From NCBI GenBank assembly GCA_051382295.1, contig JBBCAW010000086.1, positions 1 to 28,425 on the forward strand: a stretch of 28,425 nt of DNA, in the 5' to 3' direction. The first letter of the stretch is position 1. Each line of letters opens with the position of its first letter. The notes beneath the pieces were generated by a model. That model searched no databases, was not told the DNA's origin, and saw nothing but the letters and a program-made list of their open reading frames with translations. The stretch comes from Bdellovibrionota bacterium FG-1. Its GTDB lineage: Bacteria > Bdellovibrionota > UBA1018. The translations under genes and the position numbers were made by a program. Positions 27,491-28,425 of the stretch are shown here, piece by piece.

Positions 27491-27601
27491 TATTTTGTGA
27501 TAGCAGTGCCTTGGTCACGAAAATTCTCATCGATAGGGAGGCATCGTGTTTTTTTTGTCGCAAATGCCGACAAGCGTTTGGCGTCAATTCAAAGTCAGTC
27601 G

Positions 27602-28222
27602 TTAAGGGAAATGTGCGGAGCGCATGCGCGCGTTGGCAAGCGTTTTAGCGCCATAGTAATTTTTTCGCCCGACCACCGGGCCGCGCTGCAAGCGCTCGAT
27701 CCAGTTCGTATCCAGCGGCACCGCAGGATTATCAAGAAAAACAATGAGCCCTGACCAAAGCTTGAGTGTGTACTTGACCGCCCGCCCGAGCGGCGATTGT
27801 GGAAGGGTGGTCTCCGCGAGTTCCCGGCATTTCGCGCCAATCGCATCCACAATCGGCTTGGACTGCGCTTGGCGAATCCCTAAGATCTCAAACGAAGACT
27901 TGCCCTCGACACTGTCCTCCGTCACCTGCATCCTCTTAAAGCCAGACGTTTTCATAACGCTCTTCTTCCGACGAGCGCTCCTGACTTGTCTGGCAATCCC
28001 AAATTTGGCCTGCCATTTACAAAGAGCGGACAAACTTACCGATACCGCTATTGAAAATTCACTGGTTCGCATTCCACTTCGACTTAACTCTTGAACTACC
28101 CGGCGTTTGAGTTCATCCGGGATGCCGTGGCGTTTGCCACCCCGCCCTTGAGGTAGGGCTGCGATTTCGGCGCGCAGCTGCGTTATTGCAGCAGGTACCT
28201 GACGATGATTGACTGCATTCAT
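27602..28222 (-). pseudogene. IS66 TnpA::TnpC in-frame deletion fusion
   Basis: N-terminal TnpA-like HTH (ELKRRVVQEL…SALCKW) joined near 27878 to the TnpC core PQSPLGRAVKY…PLDTNWIERLQRGPVVGRKNY; the TnpC tail is missing. Confidence 0.85.
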
Positions 28223-28271
28223 GAGATTCGTTCCTCCGTTGGGAACTTGGTCTCACGGTTTTTCAACTTAC
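27628..28271 (-). mobile_element. IS66-family remnant
   Basis: Left end GTAAGTTGAAAAACCG at 28271 (IS66 ends begin GTAA). No matching right IR found, so the inner boundary is approximate. Confidence 0.7.
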
Positions 28272-28425
28272 GTCAGACGGGGGCGGCAGAGTCTTTACGT
28301 TGAAATCGATCCATTCAAAAGGCGCTTGCCCAAGGCAAAGCCAGGATTCCTTGATGCTCAGTCGATTCGGTCAACGGTGCGAGTAGGGCGGCCGAACGGA
28401 CGCGGCTTGGCTTGAGCGTTTCGAC

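Larger units (their letters stand above)
21631..28425. mobile_element. Decayed integrative island at tRNA-Asp (far boundary not in the window)
   Basis: Recombinase stub abutting the tRNA, IS remnants, XRE/HTH genes, an R-M-like gene and visibly AT-richer DNA. No duplicated tRNA 3' end seen. Confidence 0.75.

Noticed and set aside
28272..28425. Sequence beyond the IS66 left end
   Set aside because: Too short, with no recognisable ORF, att repeat or RNA motif; cannot be assigned.

Overview
Bacterial chromosomal window. The gene families and style suggest Bdellovibrionota/Oligoflexia; this is inference only. Bases 1-21,690 are core and envelope genes: an RlmM-like methyltransferase, a GIY-YIG nuclease, tgt, beta-barrel and lipoprotein genes, a C45 peptidase-TPR protein, a stand-alone FliG-C protein, a degenerate S41-like lipoprotein with a sigma54 promoter and an 18-bp tandem repeat, gmhA, a Pif1 helicase, a degenerate HD-GYP protein, vapBC, coaE, mazG, ybeY, prfB with its programmed +1 frameshift, and tRNA-Asp(GTC). 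From the tRNA to the window end lies an AT-richer, decayed integrative island. It holds the C-terminal stub of a large serine recombinase that reads through the tRNA, the right end of an IS110-family element (transposase stub plus a ~340-bp structured non-coding end, a candidate bridge/seek RNA whose hairpin loop matches the element's own junction), an XRE repressor stub, two exported proteins, an HTH protein, an intact DNA methyltransferase-nuclease fusion with a leader ORF and hairpin, and an internally deleted IS66. Across the window, seven ORFs have a -10-like hexamer exactly 6 nt before the ATG, which suggests common leaderless transcription.
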